Assembly: GCA_963721765.1 (NCBI GenBank)
Contig: CAVRJP010000005.1
Location: 207,058-271,057, forward strand
Origin: an uncultured Chloroflexia bacterium
Lineage (GTDB): Bacteria; Chloroflexota; Limnocylindria; Limnocylindrales; CSP1-4
Direction of reading: 5' to 3'
DNA: 64,000 nt
Made by a program: the position numbers and the translations under genes. Shown here one piece after another: positions 8,653 to 19,453 of this stretch (within the stretch, counting starts at the first letter, position 1; every line of letters begins with the position of its first letter). Below the pieces are notes generated by a model that saw nothing but the letters and a program-made list of their open reading frames with translations, did not search any database and was not told the DNA's origin.

Positions 8653-10221
8653 GTGGCCTGGTTCGACAGGCTCGCGCTCGTGGCCGTTATGGGCATGGCC
8701 GCCCTCCTGCGGCTCCCGGGCATCGACGCGCGGGGCCAGTTCGACTCGGACCAGGGCCACGACATGCTCACGCTCGTGGCGTTGACGCGGGACGGTGTCG
8801 TCCCGCTGCTCGGCCCGAGGACGTCGGTGGGTGATTTCCACCACGGCGCGTTCTACTACTACCTCCTCGCCCCCGCCAGCGCCGTCTCGAATGGCGATCC
8901 CGTCGCGGTCACGGCGTTCATCGCCCTGCTCGGGATCGCGGCCGTCGCGCTCACGTGGTGGCTCGCCCGCTCCATGGCCGGCTCTCTCGCGGGATTCCTG
9001 GCCGGGTTCCTCCTCGCGATCTCGCCCGCCGCGATCGAGGAGTCGACGTTCATCTGGAACCCGAACCCGATCGGGTTCTTCGCGGTGCTCTCGCTCGCGG
9101 CAGCGTGGCGCGCGCATACGGGCGGCCGCGCGGCGTGGTGGGCCGTGGCGCTCGGTGCAGCCGGCGCGGTGGTGCAGCTGCACGTGCTCGGGGTCGTCTT
9201 CCTCCTGGCGATCGTGGTCCTCGGCCTGCTCGAGCTCCGCCGCGACCGCTCCGTTGCCTTCGGCCTCCTCGGCGGGCTCGGCGTGATCGCGTTGCTGTTC
9301 CTGCCCCTGCTCGCCCACGAGCTCGGGTCGGGCTTCAGTGAGACGACTGGCGTGCTCGCCTATCTCCAGGGCGGCGATGCGGCTCCATCGGATCCGATCT
9401 CGGCGCTCGCGTTCACGCTCCTCCGGGTCGTCGGCTGGCCGCTCGTCGGCCTCGTGACCGAGGCGCCCCAGCTGGCGGCGATCGCCCTCGCGGTCACCGT
9501 GAGCCTCGTCGTGGCGGGCCTGCGTCTCAGCCGTGGGCGCACCTTGACGGGCATGCACTGGCTCGTCGGCATTCTGGCCTGGAGCACCGTCGCGCTCGCG
9601 CTCGCGGCGCCGTCACTCCAGCGGGTCGTCGCCGGCCTCCCGAACGACCACTACCACGCGTTCGTCGACCCGATCGTGGCGATGCTGATCGCGATTCCCG
9701 CCACCGGCCTGTTCGTCCGTGCCGTTGAGGCCTGGCGGAGCAGCCGGCGACCAACCGGGCTGATCGCTGCCACGGCCATTGCGGCCGGCCTCATCGTGCT
9801 CGCGGCCGTGATGGTCGAGCGCATGCCGCCGGCGGTCGACCCGGACGGTGGCTGGCCATTCGCGAAGCGCGCCGGAGAGCGGATCGTCGCCACGGTCAAC
9901 GGCGCGCCCCTCACCTTGTTCGGGCTGCCAACCTCCAAGTCGACCGAAGGCATCGAATTCCCGATCGATGCCGCCGGAGGGCAGGTCCTCCGGCATATCG
10001 ATCTGATCGGCTTCCCGTCGGAGACGGATGTGGTCGTCCTCGTGTGTGATCGCCTGTTCGAGCACATCATCGGCGCCGCATGTGGCGGTCCGGCCGAGGA
10101 CGCCTTTCTCAACGAGCTCGCAGCGACCGCCTTCGATGGGCCGACACCGACGCTGGTCGAGCGGTTCGACGCCTCGCCAAGGACGGCAATATCGATCTAC
10201 CGGCCGGTCGAGACGCCGTGA
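8653..10221 (+). CDS. GT-C fold membrane glycosyltransferase, PMT_2/ArnT-like (GT39/GT83-like)
   Basis: About 12 TM helices. First-loop acidic motif (QFDSDQGHD) typical of GT-C enzymes. Large C-terminal soluble domain. Start uncertain: GTG at 8653 chosen; the ORF opens at 8593, overlapping hpf. Confidence 0.55.
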   Translation: MAWFDRLALVAVMGMAALLRLPGIDARGQFDSDQGHDMLTLVALTRDGVVPLLGPRTSVGDFHHGAFYYYLLAPASAVSNGDPVAVTAFIALLGIAAVALTWWLARSMAGSLAGFLAGFLLAISPAAIEESTFIWNPNPIGFFAVLSLAAAWRAHTGGRAAWWAVALGAAGAVVQLHVLGVVFLLAIVVLGLLELRRDRSVAFGLLGGLGVIALLFLPLLAHELGSGFSETTGVLAYLQGGDAAPSDPISALAFTLLRVVGWPLVGLVTEAPQLAAIALAVTVSLVVAGLRLSRGRTLTGMHWLVGILAWSTVALALAAPSLQRVVAGLPNDHYHAFVDPIVAMLIAIPATGLFVRAVEAWRSSRRPTGLIAATAIAAGLIVLAAVMVERMPPAVDPDGGWPFAKRAGERIVATVNGAPLTLFGLPTSKSTEGIEFPIDAAGGQVLRHIDLIGFPSETDVVVLVCDRLFEHIIGAACGGPAEDAFLNELAATAFDGPTPTLVERFDASPRTAISIYRPVETP

Positions 10222-11066
10222 TCGGGCTCGTCCGGCGACGCCGGCGCCTGATCGATCGATCCCTGCGCCTGGCGTTCGTCGTGGTCCTCGTCGTGTTCAC
10301 CATCCTTCGGCCGGTCGAGGCCGGGGACGCCCACGCCTACTGGGCGGTCGATCTCGCCGACCCATACACGCGACCCGTGGCCACGCCCGACGCATTCACC
10401 TATCCCCCACCGGCCGCGCTGTTCTTCGGCGTCCTCGGCCAGCTCCCGTTCGAGGCCTTCCAGGCGATCTGGACGCTCCTGATCGGGTTCGCGCTGCTCT
10501 GGCTGACCGGGCCGTGGGCGCTCGCGTTTCTCGTGATCCCCGTGGTCGCGTCCGACCTGTACCTCGGCAACATCCACGTTCTCCTGGCGGCCGCGGTGGT
10601 CGGCTCGCTGCGCTGGCCGGCGCTGTGGGCGATCCCACTCCTGACGAAGCCGACCTGCGGCGTCGCCCTGCTGTGGTTCGCGGCGCGGGGCGAGTGGCGC
10701 CGCCTCGCGGTGGCCATCGGTGTGACCGCGGCGATCGCAGGCCTCACCGCGATCCTGGCGCCGACGCTGTGGCCCAAGTGGGTCGACTACGTGCTCGCGA
10801 CCGGCGTCGCACCGAATGTCGGGTCGGCCTCGTGGGTCCCGCTCCCGTTGCTCCTCCGGCTGCCGGCGGCGGCGATCCTCGTCATCTGGGGCGCCCGCAC
10901 CGATCGACCCTGGACGCTCCCGACCGCCGCCATGCTTGCCCTGCCCGTCCTCTGGCTCGTGGGCCTGGCGATGCTCGCCGGCGCCTTTGCCCTCTCCCCA
11001 TGGGGCCCGCTGCGCCACCTGGGCCGCCCGCACCCAGCGACAGGACTCGTGATCGACCGCCCATGA
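10218..11066 (+). CDS. DUF2029 / GT87-like membrane glycosyltransferase, paralog 2
   Basis: Shares the HAYWAVDLADPY...FTYPPPAALF loop with the 6218..7150 protein. The GTG start overlaps the stop of the preceding gene (GTGA). Confidence 0.6.
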   Translation: MIGLVRRRRRLIDRSLRLAFVVVLVVFTILRPVEAGDAHAYWAVDLADPYTRPVATPDAFTYPPPAALFFGVLGQLPFEAFQAIWTLLIGFALLWLTGPWALAFLVIPVVASDLYLGNIHVLLAAAVVGSLRWPALWAIPLLTKPTCGVALLWFAARGEWRRLAVAIGVTAAIAGLTAILAPTLWPKWVDYVLATGVAPNVGSASWVPLPLLLRLPAAAILVIWGARTDRPWTLPTAAMLALPVLWLVGLAMLAGAFALSPWGPLRHLGRPHPATGLVIDRP

Positions 11067-11069
11067 ATC

Positions 11070-11104
11070 GACGAACGCCGGCGCCCCGAGCGCCGGCGTT
11101 CGTC
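11070..11104. terminator. Perfect 15-bp-stem hairpin (gacgaacgccggcgc-cccga-gcgccggcgttcgtc) between convergent genes; candidate bidirectional terminator
   Basis: Perfect inverted repeat 4 nt after the GT87 stop codon and ~55 nt from the stop of the convergent XRE gene. No U-tract, as is common in high-GC bacteria. Confidence 0.45.
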
Positions 11105-11159
11105 TGCCCCTGGACCGGAGGCGTGGAGGCCACCCCCGGATCAGCTGATGGATTCGGTG

Positions 11160-11714
11160 TTAGCGATCCGAAGGTCGGACCGGACGAAGTCGGGGTGTGA
11201 TCGGTTGCCGCCGCGTTTCGACGGCGACCCGGCTGCTGCCCCCCGCAACGAGGGACGGCCGAGGCACGATGGGCCCGGTCATCGCGGGCGCGAGCGGCCG
11301 CGGTTCGGTTCGATTGGGTTCGGTCCGCTGCACGCGGCTCGCGTCACTCGCGAAGGTCGAGCCGACGCGACGCATCCGCACCGCGAGGTAATACTCCATG
11401 ACCTGGCGGACCTGGGCCTCGCTCAGGGACTCGTCGGCGCGCAGGGCGTACTCGACGCGCGCGGTCGGGTTCTGGACCCCGCCACCGATGAGGCCGAGGT
11501 ACTGCGGGCCGTCGTCGTTCTCGCCCAGCTCACGCAGCCCTCGGGCGAGCTTCGTCGCCGTGCCGAGGGAGGGCATGCGGTCGCCGCGAACCAGCCGCGA
11601 GATCGTCGAATGGTCGACGCCCGACTGTTGTGCGAGCTGTCGCTGCGACATCTTCTTGGCCTTCAGCTGGGCACGCAGCCACTCGTTGAAAGCACGGCCG
11701 TTGGTCCGGGTCAT
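11160..11714 (-). CDS. XRE-family helix-turn-helix transcriptional regulator with an uncharacterised C-terminal domain
   Basis: HTH_XRE signature (MSQRQLAQQSGVDHSTISRLVRGDRMPSLGTATKLARGL). Start set at the internal ATG (MTRTNG...), because the longer ORF prefix is low-complexity R/P-rich. Confidence 0.6.
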   Translation of the reverse strand: MTRTNGRAFNEWLRAQLKAKKMSQRQLAQQSGVDHSTISRLVRGDRMPSLGTATKLARGLRELGENDDGPQYLGLIGGGVQNPTARVEYALRADESLSEAQVRQVMEYYLAVRMRRVGSTFASDASRVQRTEPNRTEPRPLAPAMTGPIVPRPSLVAGGSSRVAVETRRQPITPRLRPVRPSDR

Positions 11715-11965
11715 GGGCCCGATGATCGATGGCACCCGATTCAGTCCATATCCCCCGTTCGTACATGACCCTTCGGCAGATGGGCGACTATCGAGGGGGT
11801 CGACCGTGGGCGGTCCTGTGCGGTCGGTCGCCGAGGGGTGAGGTCCGCTGCGGTCGAGCCGAGATCGACGGGTACCAGTGGATCGCACACCCGGCTTCGT
11901 GGCCCGAATCGGCCACCGATTCGAACCTCGTCGGGGCGTCGAGTCCTATCGCATCGCGAGCAGGC

Positions 11966-13102
11966 TCAGGCGGGCGCAGCGGCCCTCGCGCCGAGCCCAC
12001 GGCGCTTCGGCGAGATGGCATACGCGATCGATCCGATCACGATGATCGAGAGCACGCTGATCGCCCGGTCGACGAGCGTGATCGCCAGCGCGTCGGTCTG
12101 CGAGACGCCGTAGACGATGGTCAGGAGCCCGACCACGCCACCCTCGACGAAGCCGATGCCCGCGGGCGTCAGCGGGACGGCGGTCAGCAGCGAGGCCGCG
12201 AGGGCCACGAAGAACGCGCCGCTGATCCCGAGGTGAACCCCGGGCAGCCCGAGCGCCTGCACGACCAGGTACAGGCGCATCGCCTCGGTCGCCCAGATGA
12301 ACCCGGTCAGGATCACCAGCCGCGGCAGGGCGCGCAGGCCCATCGACGCGAAGACCCCCTCCTCGAACCGGTCGTAGAACTCGAGCACCCGGTGCGGGAG
12401 CGGCAGCCTGGTGAGGATTCGCCGGCCGAAGTTGCGCATCGTCAGCAACCCGCCGGCGAGGACGATCACGAACACCACGCCGATCGCGAACACGATCTGG
12501 ACGTCGGCCGGCAGCCCGCTCCGGAACGAGACGAAGCCCGCCGCGAGGCCCAGGACGACGATCGCGAAGAGGTCCAGGATGCGCTCGATGAACACGGTCC
12601 CGAACGTTCGCGACAGCGAGACCGGGCTGTTGATCTTGAGCAGGTACGCCCGATACACGTCGCCCAGCTTGGCCGGCACGAGGCAGTTCACGAGCCACGA
12701 CAGGAAGATGATCTCGGTCGCGTCCTTGACCTTCAGCGGGAACCCGCTCTGGCGAACGAGGAGCGCCCAGCGCAGCCCGCGCAGCGGGAAGCCGAGGTAG
12801 AAGATCGCGAACGCACCGAGGAGGAGCAGCGGGTTCGCCCCGAGGATCTTGTCGGGCAGCTCCTCGAGCTTGAAGCCGGGCAGGCTGCGCACGAACAGGA
12901 CGAGGAGCACGATCGGCAGGACGAGCGAGATGATCGTGCGCGGCTGACGGAGCCGTCTCGAGAGCGAGAGCTGGTCCGCGCGGACCTGGGCTTCCGCGGC
13001 GGTGGTCTCCGCCGGTCGATCCGAGATCACCGGGTCGTGGGCGGTAGTCGGGTCATCGGCGGTCGCCTGTTGGTCGGCCGCCTTCGGGTCGTCGGCGGTC
13101 AA
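11966..13102 (-). CDS. Lysylphosphatidylglycerol-synthase-TM-like (UPF0104/flippase-like) membrane protein
   Basis: 378 aa, ~8 TM. The pattern LRWALLV...KLGDVYRAYLL matches the LPG_synthase_TM family, which is commonly paired with a PHP-domain gene. Confidence 0.65.
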   Translation of the reverse strand: MTADDPKAADQQATADDPTTAHDPVISDRPAETTAAEAQVRADQLSLSRRLRQPRTIISLVLPIVLLVLFVRSLPGFKLEELPDKILGANPLLLLGAFAIFYLGFPLRGLRWALLVRQSGFPLKVKDATEIIFLSWLVNCLVPAKLGDVYRAYLLKINSPVSLSRTFGTVFIERILDLFAIVVLGLAAGFVSFRSGLPADVQIVFAIGVVFVIVLAGGLLTMRNFGRRILTRLPLPHRVLEFYDRFEEGVFASMGLRALPRLVILTGFIWATEAMRLYLVVQALGLPGVHLGISGAFFVALAASLLTAVPLTPAGIGFVEGGVVGLLTIVYGVSQTDALAITLVDRAISVLSIIVIGSIAYAISPKRRGLGARAAAPA

Positions 13103-13893
13103 CGGGTCGCCATCGGTGGTGGGATGCGGCCCCGACCTCGAGCTCGCTGCACGAGCTTCGCCGCAGGCCCGAGGAGGCGCACGACGGCCGAGGCGCGGCC
13201 GGTCACGAGCTCGGTCAGCCCCGCGAGCGCGGCCCGAAGGCCGTCAGCGGTCGAGAGATCGCCGGAGAGCACGGTCGATGCGATGCCGACCTCGAGCGTC
13301 GTATGGGCGTCGGACACGGCCACGCCGGGGATGCCGAGGCGCGCCGCGAGCTGTGCGGCGCGAGCGTTGCCATCGCCGACCATGAGCCGGGCGTTCCACG
13401 TCTCGATCCAGTCGACCGTGCCGGCGATCGCCTCGATCGCGGGCAGCTCGCCCCGACCCAGGGAGCCGCGGAAGCGATCGAACGGGTGGGCGATCCCCAC
13501 GAGACCACCCTGCTCGCGCACGGCGGCAATCGCCTCTGCCGGCGCGAGGCCCGGCGGGATCTCGCGCTCGAGGAACACCCCGATGAGGTCGCCCTCGGTG
13601 GTCTTGATCTCCTGGCCGACGAGGACGGTCAGGTTCGGGGCCTCCTCGCGAGCACGCGCCTGCGCCTCCAGCGCGCCGTCGATCCGATCGTGGTCGGTGA
13701 TCGCGAGGTGCGTCAGCCCGCGAGCGGCAGCGGCTCGGACGATCGCGGCCGGCGCCGCGAGCGAGTCGAAGCTCGCCGACGTGTGGCAGTGGAGGTCGAT
13801 GAAGGCGCGGCTCGCCGGTGTGGCCGTCGGCGAATCCCCGGACCGCGGATTCGCAGGGGCGTCGCCGTGGTCCTCTGAGTGCCGGTCGGGCAT
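13099..13893 (-). CDS. PHP-domain metal-dependent phosphoesterase
   Basis: FIDLHCHTSASFDS...HLAITDHD... are PHP motifs; 264 aa. Confidence 0.75.
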   Translation of the reverse strand: MPDRHSEDHGDAPANPRSGDSPTATPASRAFIDLHCHTSASFDSLAAPAAIVRAAAARGLTHLAITDHDRIDGALEAQARAREEAPNLTVLVGQEIKTTEGDLIGVFLEREIPPGLAPAEAIAAVREQGGLVGIAHPFDRFRGSLGRGELPAIEAIAGTVDWIETWNARLMVGDGNARAAQLAARLGIPGVAVSDAHTTLEVGIASTVLSGDLSTADGLRAALAGLTELVTGRASAVVRLLGPAAKLVQRARGRGRIPPPMATR

Positions 13894-13918
13894 GGCCGCT
13901 GCTACGTGCGTGCCCTCG

Positions 13919-14923
13919 TCAGATGCTCTGGACCAGCGACTTCTTGAAGAAGTCGTAGTGCTTGAGCGCCTCGCCGGTGCCCAGCGCCACGCAGTTCATC
14001 GCGTTCTCGGCGACATGGCAGGGCACGCCAGTGACCTGGGTCAGCAGCTTGTCGATGTTGCGCAGCAGGGCGCCGCCACCGGACATGACCATGCCCTTGT
14101 CGATGATGTCGCTCGAGAGCTCAGGTGGGGTCTGCTCGAGGACGTGACGAACGGCCGCGACGAGCTGCTGGAGCGGCAGCTCGATGGCCTCCATGACCTC
14201 GGACGACGTGATCGGGATCGTGCGCGGAAGGCCGGCGATCAGGTCTCGGCCGCGGACCTCCATCGACAGCTCGCGCTCCAGCGGGAGCGCGGTCCCGATC
14301 GTGATCTTCACCTCTTCGGCGGTGCGCTCGCCGATCATCAGGTTGTACTTCTTGCGGATGTACGAGGCGATCGCCTCGTCGATGCGGTTCCCGCCGACGC
14401 GCAGCGAGGTCGAGACGACGATCCCGCCGAGCGCGATGACCGCGACCTCGCTCGTCCCGCCGCCGATGTCGATGACCATGTTCCCGGAGGGGCCGGAGAT
14501 CGGCACATTGGCGCCGATCGCGGCCGCGAGCGGCTCCTCGATCAGGTGCGCCTCACGCGCTCCCGCCTTGAGGGCGGCGTCCTTGACGGCGCGCTTCTCG
14601 ACCGAGGTCACGCCTGCCGGGACCGAGATCATCACCGCCGGCCCGCTGAGCCGGAGGCGCATCCGGCCGCTCATCGCCTTGTTGATGAAGAACCGAAGCA
14701 TCGCCTCGGTGATCACGTAGTCCGCGATCACGCCGTCCTTCATTGGCCGGATGGCGTGGATGTTGCCGGGCGTGCGCCCGATCATCTCGCGTGCGTCCTC
14801 GCCCACGGCGCGGATCCGGCCGTCGTCGTCGACGGCCACCACGCTGGGCTCCTGGATCACGATGCCCTTGCCCTCGACGTGGACCAGGACGTTGGCCGTG
14901 CCGAGATCGATCCCGATGTTCAT
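13919..14923 (-). CDS. mreB: Rod shape-determining actin homolog MreB
   Basis: [14 protein letters not shown]...[10 protein letters not shown]...[12 protein letters not shown]...MSGGGALL are actin/MreB phosphate and adenosine motifs. Confidence 0.95.
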   Translation of the reverse strand: MNIGIDLGTANVLVHVEGKGIVIQEPSVVAVDDDGRIRAVGEDAREMIGRTPGNIHAIRPMKDGVIADYVITEAMLRFFINKAMSGRMRLRLSGPAVMISVPAGVTSVEKRAVKDAALKAGAREAHLIEEPLAAAIGANVPISGPSGNMVIDIGGGTSEVAVIALGGIVVSTSLRVGGNRIDEAIASYIRKKYNLMIGERTAEEVKITIGTALPLERELSMEVRGRDLIAGLPRTIPITSSEVMEAIELPLQQLVAAVRHVLEQTPPELSSDIIDKGMVMSGGGALLRNIDKLLTQVTGVPCHVAENAMNCVALGTGEALKHYDFFKKSLVQSI

Positions 14924-16266
14924 GCGGGCGTGCGGGTCTCCACTTCCTGGACGCGCTCGATCCTGGCGCCGAGGTCCAGGAACTTGCGTTCGATGTTCTC
15001 ATACCCGCGCCGGACGTGGTGCGCGCCCCCGATCGACGACGTGCCGTTGGCGGCGAGCGCCGCGAGGATCAGCGACGCGCCGGCGCGCAGGTCGGAGATC
15101 TCGACATTCGCGGCGCGCAGCTTCGAGGGGCCGTGGACCACGGCCCGCTGCGGGCTCTTCAGCTCGATCTTCGCGCCCATCTTCTCGAGCTCGCCCGTCC
15201 ACTCCAGGCGGTCTTCGAAGATCGACTCGTGTACGTTGGAGTCGCCCTTCGCCTGGGTGAGGAGCACCGTCGTCGGTGGCTGGATGTCCGTCGCGAGCTC
15301 CGGGTACGGGCCGGTCACGATGTCGATCGCCTTGACCCCGTCCGGGCCCAGGTTGCGCGCGTCGATCTCCATTCGACCCGGGCTGCAGCTCACCGCCAGG
15401 CCCGCACGACCCATGACCTCGACGAGCGCGTTCATCGTGTCGCAGTCGGCGCTCTCGAGGATGACGTGGCCGCCCGTGACGCCGGCGGCGATCGCGAAGG
15501 TCCCCGCCTCGATCCGGTCGGGCATCACCCGATGGTCCGCGCCGCGCAGGCGGCGCTTCCCCTCGACCTCGATCGTGTCCGGATACGTCCGCTGGACGTC
15601 GGCGCCCATCTTCTGGAGGAAGCCCACCAGGTCGTCGACCTCGGGCTCCTGGGCCGCGGGCCGGATGGTCGTGTGCCCGTCCGCGAGCGTGGCGGCGAGC
15701 ATCGCGTTCTCCGTGCCCATGACCGACACGAACGGGAAGCGGACCTCGGCGCCCCGCAGCCGGCCCGGCGCCTTCGCGTAGTAGTAGCCGTACTTGTAGT
15801 CGACCTCGGCGCCCATCGCCCGCATCGCGTCGACGTGGAGGTCGACCGGCCGCCGGCCGATCCGATCGCCGCCCGGGTTGCTGATCACGACCTCGCCGAA
15901 GCGCGACAGGAGCGGCCCGAGGAGCATGAAGCTGGCACGCATCTTGGCGGCAGCCTCGAGCGGCACGAACAGCCAGTCGACGTCGCCCGCGGAGACCTCG
16001 TAGACGTTCGGCTCGGGATGGTCGACGACGACGCCGATATCGGACAGGGTCTCGGCCATCGCGATCACGTCGGCGATCTCGGGCACGTTGGTGAACCGAC
16101 AGCGCTCGCCGGTGAGGGTCGCCGCGGCCAGCATCTTGAGCGCGGCGTTCTTCGCGCCGCTCACGGCGACGGTGCCCTCGAGCGGCACACCGCCGGTCAC
16201 GAGGAACCGCTCGCGCGGCACGCTCGGCGGCTCGTACTCCCAGTGAAACGGGCGTGCGTCAGCCAT
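14920..16266 (-). CDS. murA: UDP-N-acetylglucosamine 1-carboxyvinyltransferase MurA
   Basis: [24 protein letters not shown]...; conserved murA position after the atp operon. The true start may be the in-frame GTG at ~16221 ([11 protein letters not shown]...), preceded by GGAG. Confidence 0.9.
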   Translation of the reverse strand: MADARPFHWEYEPPSVPRERFLVTGGVPLEGTVAVSGAKNAALKMLAAATLTGERCRFTNVPEIADVIAMAETLSDIGVVVDHPEPNVYEVSAGDVDWLFVPLEAAAKMRASFMLLGPLLSRFGEVVISNPGGDRIGRRPVDLHVDAMRAMGAEVDYKYGYYYAKAPGRLRGAEVRFPFVSVMGTENAMLAATLADGHTTIRPAAQEPEVDDLVGFLQKMGADVQRTYPDTIEVEGKRRLRGADHRVMPDRIEAGTFAIAAGVTGGHVILESADCDTMNALVEVMGRAGLAVSCSPGRMEIDARNLGPDGVKAIDIVTGPYPELATDIQPPTTVLLTQAKGDSNVHESIFEDRLEWTGELEKMGAKIELKSPQRAVVHGPSKLRAANVEISDLRAGASLILAALAANGTSSIGGAHHVRRGYENIERKFLDLGARIERVQEVETRTPA

Positions 16267-16319
16267 GGGCGGGTATCAACGGGCGGGGAACCTCCCTTGT
16301 GACCACGTGCTTGCCGATT

Positions 16320-16344
16320 GTCGCCGGTGGTGCGTCGCGGCGAC
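16320..16344. terminator. Hairpin (gtcgccg-N11-cggcgac) 16 nt downstream of the atpC stop; possible atp operon terminator
   Basis: 7-bp perfect inverted repeat read from the sequence; no U-run. Confidence 0.25.
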
Positions 16345-16359
16345 GCTCCCCCAAACGAC

Positions 16360-16788
16360 CTATATCCGCCGGCGTGAGCCCTCTCGATGCCGGCGCTCGG
16401 CAAGGCGGATCTTGAGCAGGGCCGTGGCCAGCGCTGCGCGGGCGGCCGAGAGGTCGGCGCCCTCGTCGAAGCCGGATTCGAGCGCGCGTTCCGCCTCGCG
16501 GCGGGCCTCCTGGGCCTTCTCGAGGTCGATCTCGGACGCCATGTCGGCCGTCTCGGCCATCACGACGACCTTGTCCGGCCGCACCTGCACGAAGCCACCG
16601 GCGATGGCGAAGAACTCCTCCTCGCCACCCTTGCGGATCCGGAGCTCGCCCACGCCCAGCGTCGCGAGCAGCGGCGCGTGGTGCGGCAGCACGCCCATCT
16701 CGCCCTCCGCGCCCGGCAGGACGACCGAATCGACCACGTCGTCGTACGCCAGGCGCTCCGGCGTGACGATCTCGAGCTGGAGTGGCAC
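16360..16788 (-). CDS. atpC: F1 ATP synthase epsilon subunit
   Basis: MPLQLEIVTPERLAYDD...GVLPHHAPLLATL...; last gene of the atp operon. Confidence 0.9.
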   Translation of the reverse strand: MPLQLEIVTPERLAYDDVVDSVVLPGAEGEMGVLPHHAPLLATLGVGELRIRKGGEEEFFAIAGGFVQVRPDKVVVMAETADMASEIDLEKAQEARREAERALESGFDEGADLSAARAALATALLKIRLAERRHREGSRRRI

Positions 16789-16791
16789 GGG

Positions 16792-18231
<1,440 letters not shown>

Positions 18232-18256
18232 TCAGCGAGCTGAGCCCGGGCTTGGC

Positions 18257-19108
18257 TCAGCGCGCTCGCGCGCCGGTCGCGATCTCGATCATCTCGCGGG
18301 TGATGTTGGACTGGCGAACCTTGTTGTACGCCAGCGTCAGGTCGTCGATGAGCTCCTCGGCGTTCTCGGTCGCGCTCTTCATCGCGACCATCCGGCTCGA
18401 TTCCTCGCTGGCCTTGCCTTCCAGCACCGCGTGGAACAGTCGCGTGGCGACGTACCGCGGCAGGAGCTGCTCCAGCACTGCCCGTGGGTTCGGCTCGAAG
18501 ATGAACTGGTTCCCCGGGATGCCCTCGGTGTCCTCCGTGGCGTCGATCGGCAGGAGCTGGTCGATGACGGGCTTCTGCGACAGGGTCGAGATGAACCGGC
18601 TGTAGACGAGCTCGATCTTCGCGTACTTGCCGGCCAGGAAGTCCTCGCTGAGCAGTCGGGCAAGCGGCAGCACGTCGGCGAAGGTGGGCTTGTCGCCGAA
18701 TCCGGCGAAGTGGGCTTCGATCGGCACCCTTGCCCGGCGCATCGCGTCGCGGCCCTTGCGCCCCACGCTGACGACTGCCAGGTCGCCCTGGTGCTCCGTG
18801 ATCTCGCGGGCGATGAAGCGGATCGTGTTCGTGTTCAGCGGCCCGGCGAGACCCCGATCCGTCGTGATCAGCACGAGCAGGCGCTTCCCGCCCGTCGGGT
18901 CGGCGAGGAGCGGGTGATCGTCGCTGCCGAGAACCGCCGCCACGTCGGCCAGGACCTCGTCGATCTTCTCGCTGTACGGCCTCGCCGCGAGCGTGGACTC
19001 CTGGGCGCGGCGCAGCTTCGAGGCAGCCACGAACTGCATCGCCCGCGTGATCTGCTTGATGTTCCGGGCGGCGTTGATCCGCCGCCGGATATCCCGCTGG
19101 CTAGCCAT
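18257..19108 (-). CDS. atpG: F1 ATP synthase gamma subunit
   Basis: MASQRDIRRRINAARNIKQITRAMQFVAASKLRRAQ... and a C-terminal ...LAYNKVRQSNITREMIEIATGA. Confidence 0.92.
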   Translation of the reverse strand: MASQRDIRRRINAARNIKQITRAMQFVAASKLRRAQESTLAARPYSEKIDEVLADVAAVLGSDDHPLLADPTGGKRLLVLITTDRGLAGPLNTNTIRFIAREITEHQGDLAVVSVGRKGRDAMRRARVPIEAHFAGFGDKPTFADVLPLARLLSEDFLAGKYAKIELVYSRFISTLSQKPVIDQLLPIDATEDTEGIPGNQFIFEPNPRAVLEQLLPRYVATRLFHAVLEGKASEESSRMVAMKSATENAEELIDDLTLAYNKVRQSNITREMIEIATGARAR

Positions 19109-19453
19109 GCAGCAGGGTCACAGCCGCGAGGGCTGGGCGAATCGGTGGCCTGCGACCGCTTCGACTCGCCTGCCATGCGACCTTGCGCCCCAACGTGTCC
19201 GCTGCATGGTCACCGCGAGCGCTAGCGAGATGGACAAGCCTCGCGATCGCGCTGCCGCGACCCTTGTAACCACCCGCTTCACGCACGAAACGCCCTGCTG
19301 GGGGCGTCGCCCAGGCACGAACGAGGCCGCCTTCGTCGCCTCCGGCGGCGTTATCGAACCGGCTTGTGCTCACGGTGCCCATGCAGCGGGAATCAGAGCG
19401 CTCAAGCCCAGCGAAGGCCGAGTGCGGCGCGACCGGCCGGCCGGGAGCGGTCA

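Noticed and set aside
11729-15781. 1350-aa ORF on the + strand, plus many other long ORFs overlapping annotated genes on the opposite strand or in an alternate frame (e.g. 2171..3904 -, 7449..8771 -, 16387..18243 +, 19101..21080 -, 34237..35805 +, 39127..41760 -, 54181..55836 -, 61911..63722 +).
   Set aside because: Arg/Pro/Gly-rich low-complexity translations typical of shadow ORFs in ~70% GC DNA. Each overlaps a gene with clear conserved motifs on the other strand or frame (mreB, murA, cpaF, ATP synthase and so on).
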